Of a stretch of 64,000 bases of DNA, positions 59,546-64,000 are shown in pieces. The notes beneath the pieces were generated by a model. It made no database searches and was not told the DNA's origin. It saw only the letters and a list, made by a program, of their open reading frames with translations. Each line of letters opens with the position of its first letter. Position 1 is the first letter of the stretch. The stretch lies in the NCBI RefSeq assembly GCF_009914755.1, contig NC_060925.1. One strand, given 5' to 3'. Position numbers and translations under genes: made by a program. Source of the stretch: the human T2T-CHM13v2.0 reference genome, Homo sapiens.

Positions 59546-60091
59546 CACATCCTGTAATTAGAATTATTGTGGTCTGGTACACTGCACCCAGATTCTGCAG
59601 GAGTACTTTCTGGGTGTCTCTAATGAGTAAGAGAGGGCCCCATGGGATATTCCTACAGTTCCCAGATGAACAGTGGGAAAGACTCTACGTTGACAAACCC
59701 CGGGGACCTGAAAACTCAGGTCCTCAAGGAGGGTAGAGGATACCTGGACCCTGACCCAGACCCCTAGATGGGCTGTGCCAAGAGACCCAGCAAGGGAAGG
59801 GATTCCCTCCTGCCTCAGGTTCTCTGTTCTTCTGTGGTTAGAAGACCTGAACCCAACTCCCTCCCCAAGCACTGGAGATGGGGCTTTTCCAAGGGCTGGG
59901 GATCTTGCTGTCCTAAGGACAGCTGAGCAAGGGGGTCGAGGAGGAGCTTGGGTGGTGGAGGAGAGGAAACCGGGTAAGATGTGTGAAGCAGTCGGCTATA
60001 CCAGGCACAGAGAGGACCCACTGGGACACAAGAGCCTGCATGTGAAGCCAGGCCTTGGGCCACCTTGTTCCTCAAAGGGGTGCTTACTTCC

Positions 60092-60601
60092 ATGGGATCT
60101 TCAAAGGGACTGTGGAAAGAGAAGCCTTCAGCCCACACCTCTGAATGCTTTTCCACCACAGCATGCCCTGTGGCCTGTATCCTGCTGGTGTGGAACAGTC
60201 AGACCCCTGCAGGGCTGCAGAGCCTCTGTACTGGGCGGCATCCCAGCCTGAGTGCCAGAGCTCAGTGGGCAGGCCCCCGAGCAAGTAGAGAGGAGGGCAC
60301 CTTTTGGACAGAACCTGTGGGACAAGAGCGACGTCTCATCCGTTCAGGTTCCTCACAAAATGAGAGTCAGGAAGATCAGGGTGCAGACCTGATTTCCCAC
60401 GAAGGGCTGAAAGCAGACAACCAGAGGGAGAGCAGCACCTGGGCCAATGAGGTAGAAGACAGAAGACCACAGTGTACTTCTGCCCTCAACCTCACCCCCT
60501 CCCACCTACATCCTCCACACCCCCTGACCACCTTCTTCAGAAACGTAATAGGAATCAAGATCCCCCCTGGCCTGGTTGCTATGGGAGGCACAGTGGCCTG
60601 A
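60092..60601 (+). CDS. FAM231D: FAM231-family putative protein (169 aa); coding status doubtful
   Basis: MGSSKGLWKEKPSAHTSECFSTTACPVA...IPPGLVAMGGTVA matches the recalled FAM231 sequence. Single-exon ORF with no recognisable domain. Confidence 0.6.
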   Translation: MGSSKGLWKEKPSAHTSECFSTTACPVACILLVWNSQTPAGLQSLCTGRHPSLSARAQWAGPRASREEGTFWTEPVGQERRLIRSGSSQNESQEDQGADLISHEGLKADNQRESSTWANEVEDRRPQCTSALNLTPSHLHPPHPLTTFFRNVIGIKIPPGLVAMGGTVA

Positions 60602-60719
60602 TGGAGCCTGAGGCAGGTGTGGGAAGATGTGGATTGTCTAACTGGAGGTTGGGAGTCCAGGGTGCAGAAGGAGAAGCTTGGAGTGCAGGATTTGGTGGTA
60701 TGTGTGTGGCAGTAGGCAC

Positions 60720-61332
60720 TATGTTCTAATTGCCAGTTTTTTTTTCTTCTTCCTTTTTTTCTCTAGCTAAACAAGCACTGGCCTTGAGATAAGCAATGCT
60801 GAAGCACTTGCAGCTCACCTATTACCATAAACTGACTGAGCCCTCCCTACACAAGCCATAACTACTGCTTTGATTGGACAAGAGACTGATTTCAGTAGTT
60901 TTCTCTTGGTAAGAGACCACTGGCCGTGGGCTGGTTCTGGACAGTTTACAGAAGCTATGCACTTGATTGCCTTTGTGTCCCTGCTTCACCTTTTGAAGCA
61001 TAGGGCCTAATTATAATGTATTTAAATGTTGTCTCCACCCCAAAGTGAACATGGGTTGCATGTAACAGGCATGTTTACTCAGCATGCATGCAGCAGGATC
61101 CCTTCACAAATATTCAGAGCTCCCCCTATTCCCTGTTGAATATGTATATGTGGCCAACCAGATCAACGTAAATCACTATTCGCCCTCCCCTCCCTGGAAA
61201 CTTACTTTTCGGGTTTCAGCAGGAAGCTATGCCTCCCAGTCTGTCAGAATGGCCACTTGCAGGCTGTAACCCTTTATAAAAAAATAAAATCTCCTTTCTA
61301 AATTTATAAATTGTGTGATTTTTCAGTTGACA
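60720..61332 (+). mobile_element. MER4-family LTR (partial)
   Basis: Homologous to 47230-47815. Ends ttttcagttgaca. Confidence 0.7.
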
Positions 61333-61344
61333 GCTTTCAGTTGT

Positions 61345-62345
61345 CAGTCAAGTCACTGACTGGGAGAAGTCATTTGCAATATATTTATTTGAAAAATGAC
61401 TCAACTCCTGAATATATAAGAGAACTTTCATAAATCAGTAATATAGAGCTAAGCCAAATAAAATCGGGCAAAATATTCGAATAGGCCTTTGCAAAGGAGA
61501 ATTTCTTATATGCTGGAAGCCATAAGAAAATATGCTTCATAGTATTGCTCATTAGGCAAGTACAAATTAATTCCACACTGAGATACCACTAACCAATCAA
61601 CAGTGTGTGGCTACTTTTTTTTTTTTTTCTGAGACAGGGTCTCTCTCACCCAAGCTGGAGTGCAATGGTGCGATTGGTGCGATCTTGAGTCACTGCAACC
61701 TCCCCCTCCTGAGTAGCTGGGACTACAGGTGCATGCCACCATGCCTGGCTAATTTTTGTATTTTCAGTAGAGACGGGGTTTCGCCATGTTGGCCAGTTTG
61801 GTCTGAGAGCATAGCTACATTTTAAAAAGTTAGTACACCAAATGCTGACAAGAATTTGGTGCCACTTCAACTGTCATTGCTGGTGAAAAAACATTCTAGA
61901 AGACTGGCAATTTATACTAATGTTAAACTTGTACTCAGGTCGTGACCCAGCAATTGAAGTACTTCCATGAATCTCAAGTGCACAAAAAGACCTGTAGAAG
62001 AATATTCATCACAAGAATTCAATAACACCAAAATTGAGAAGTGATCTATGAAACTACGTGGATATATCTCATGAGTATAATGAACATACCTGCAGAAAAA
62101 AGGCCAGATACAAAAGATATGTCCATTCACTCATGTGAACTTTAAGAACAGGCAATTGTAACCTATGGGAATAGACATCAGAATAGTGATTAACTAAGAG
62201 GACACAGGGTGGGAATTGCCTGGAAAGGGGCTCTAACAGGCCTTTCTCAGATGATGGCAATTTTCTATAACTTGAGCTGGGTGGTGATTACATTCATCAA
62301 AAATAAACGAACTGCACTAAAGATTTGTGCACTTTATGTGAACTG
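61345..62345 (+). mobile_element. Old L1 (L1ME-like) 3' fragment with an Alu at about 61614-61805
   Basis: Degenerate L1 3' motifs. Confidence 0.55.
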
Positions 62346-62914
62346 TAGTTTATTTACTGTTCTCATTGCTTGAACCCGGGAAACGGGACGTTGCAGTGAG
62401 CCGAGATTGAGCCATGGCACTCCAGCCTGGGTGACAGAACAAGACTACATCTCAAAAATAATAGTAATAGTAATAATTTACTGTTCTCATAAAAATTAGC
62501 GGATGGGGAATGGAGGCAAGCCAGTGTAGACCATGACAACTAGTTTAGATTTTATTGTAAACTCATTAAAAGCTCGTTCTCGTTTTGTGTTTTTAAAAAA
62601 TCCCACTGATACAGCCGTTTTCTCTACCAGATGAGACTATAACCGTATTATTTCATCAGTGGAAGCTACAGACAAAGGGCCCTTGAGAGGCGGCATCTTC
62701 ACCTATGGGAATTTTTTCTGCTCCATTGTGAGACAAAGAGCATGTCCGAGTTTTCATTTTGGCCAGGCCGCCCCCTAGTTTACGCACTGTGGACTAAACT
62801 CCAGAAGCTGGCGCCCTTCCGGGCCAGCGGTTTACTCCGCTCTCTGGAGGCTGCTAGGATTAAAGGCAAAGCAAACGACAGGTCTTTTAGCTACAATCGC
62901 AGGAGAGAAAACAC

Positions 62915-62986
62915 TACTGTGACTCAGATTAGAACCCAGGTTGCGGCAACCACAGCTACAAGTATTGACCACTACACGACCAAAAA
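62915..62986 (-). pseudogene. tRNA-His(GTG) pseudogene
   Basis: The reverse complement TGGTCGTGTAGTGGTCAATACTTGTAGCTGTGGTTGCCGCAACCTGGGTTCTAATCTGAGTCACAGTA aligns to tRNA-His. Confidence 0.7.
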
Positions 62987-63141
62987 GCCTGCTGACAACC
63001 ATTGTACTTCTTATATTTTTTTATGTAAAAACACTCATACTATTTTCTCTGCTTTATTCTCGAACGTCTGCAGATTTTCGTGCTTTTCTCTCTTTCATGC
63101 GCTTCTCCGTTACTCTCTCCCCATTCCGCTACATAATTTAA

Positions 63142-63591
<450 letters not shown>

Positions 63592-64000
63592 TGAACACCG
63601 ATGGGCCCACAAAACACGCGGAGGCCACGGTGGCTGAAGATGTTAGCAAATTCGGTTCGCGGTGTCTGGGGTACAGCCTCGAGGGTCCATTGGCTACCTC
63701 TGTGCAAGGACCACTCTGCGCAAGGACCAGTCACCGCTGCTCTCCTCATCTCCATTGAGATTCTCCCGCACACACCTCCCCTTTCTTTGGGCCGCTGAGG
63801 CCTCTTGGACCTCCGAGGTGATTGCCCCGCCCGCAGCTTCTCTCCCTCCGGGAGCTTCATTTCTTGTTCCTCTCCGTAGTGGCTCAGCGGTAAGCCCAAG
63901 GTCCAGCACACGAATCAGGAAACTGATGGTTCTTGGGTTTGCAGGAATCCGCCCAGAGAACAGATGAAAGTAACAGGTACCAATATCAAAACTGCAGTGA

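Overview
This is primate (almost certainly human) genomic DNA. Its content fits the segmentally duplicated chr1q21 NBPF/tRNA region, apparently the LINC00869/FAM231D-type copy; that placement rests on recall and was not checked against a database. I found no clearly functional protein-coding gene. The main elements are: (1) a multi-exon NBPF-like pseudogene on the + strand (11.4-25 kb), whose exons look intermediate between NBPF and its ancestor PDE4DIP, with one Olduvai/DUF1220 doublet; (2) a roughly 13.8-kb two-LTR ERV1 provirus on the - strand (28976-42758), interrupted by a full-length FAM91A1 processed pseudogene that appears to record an unusual splice isoform; (3) a cluster of six mostly degenerate tRNA genes (3 His, 2 Glu-body, 1 Asn) built by DNA-level duplication, one with an apparently inverted anticodon loop; (4) an SNU13 (NHP2L1) retrocopy with target-site duplications; (5) the FAM231-family ORF; and (6) a truncated HERV-H plus many Alu, L1, LTR and DNA-transposon copies. 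I see no evidence of a new prokaryote-style system. The best leads are evolutionary fossils. Homolog comparisons are from memory and need alignment to confirm.
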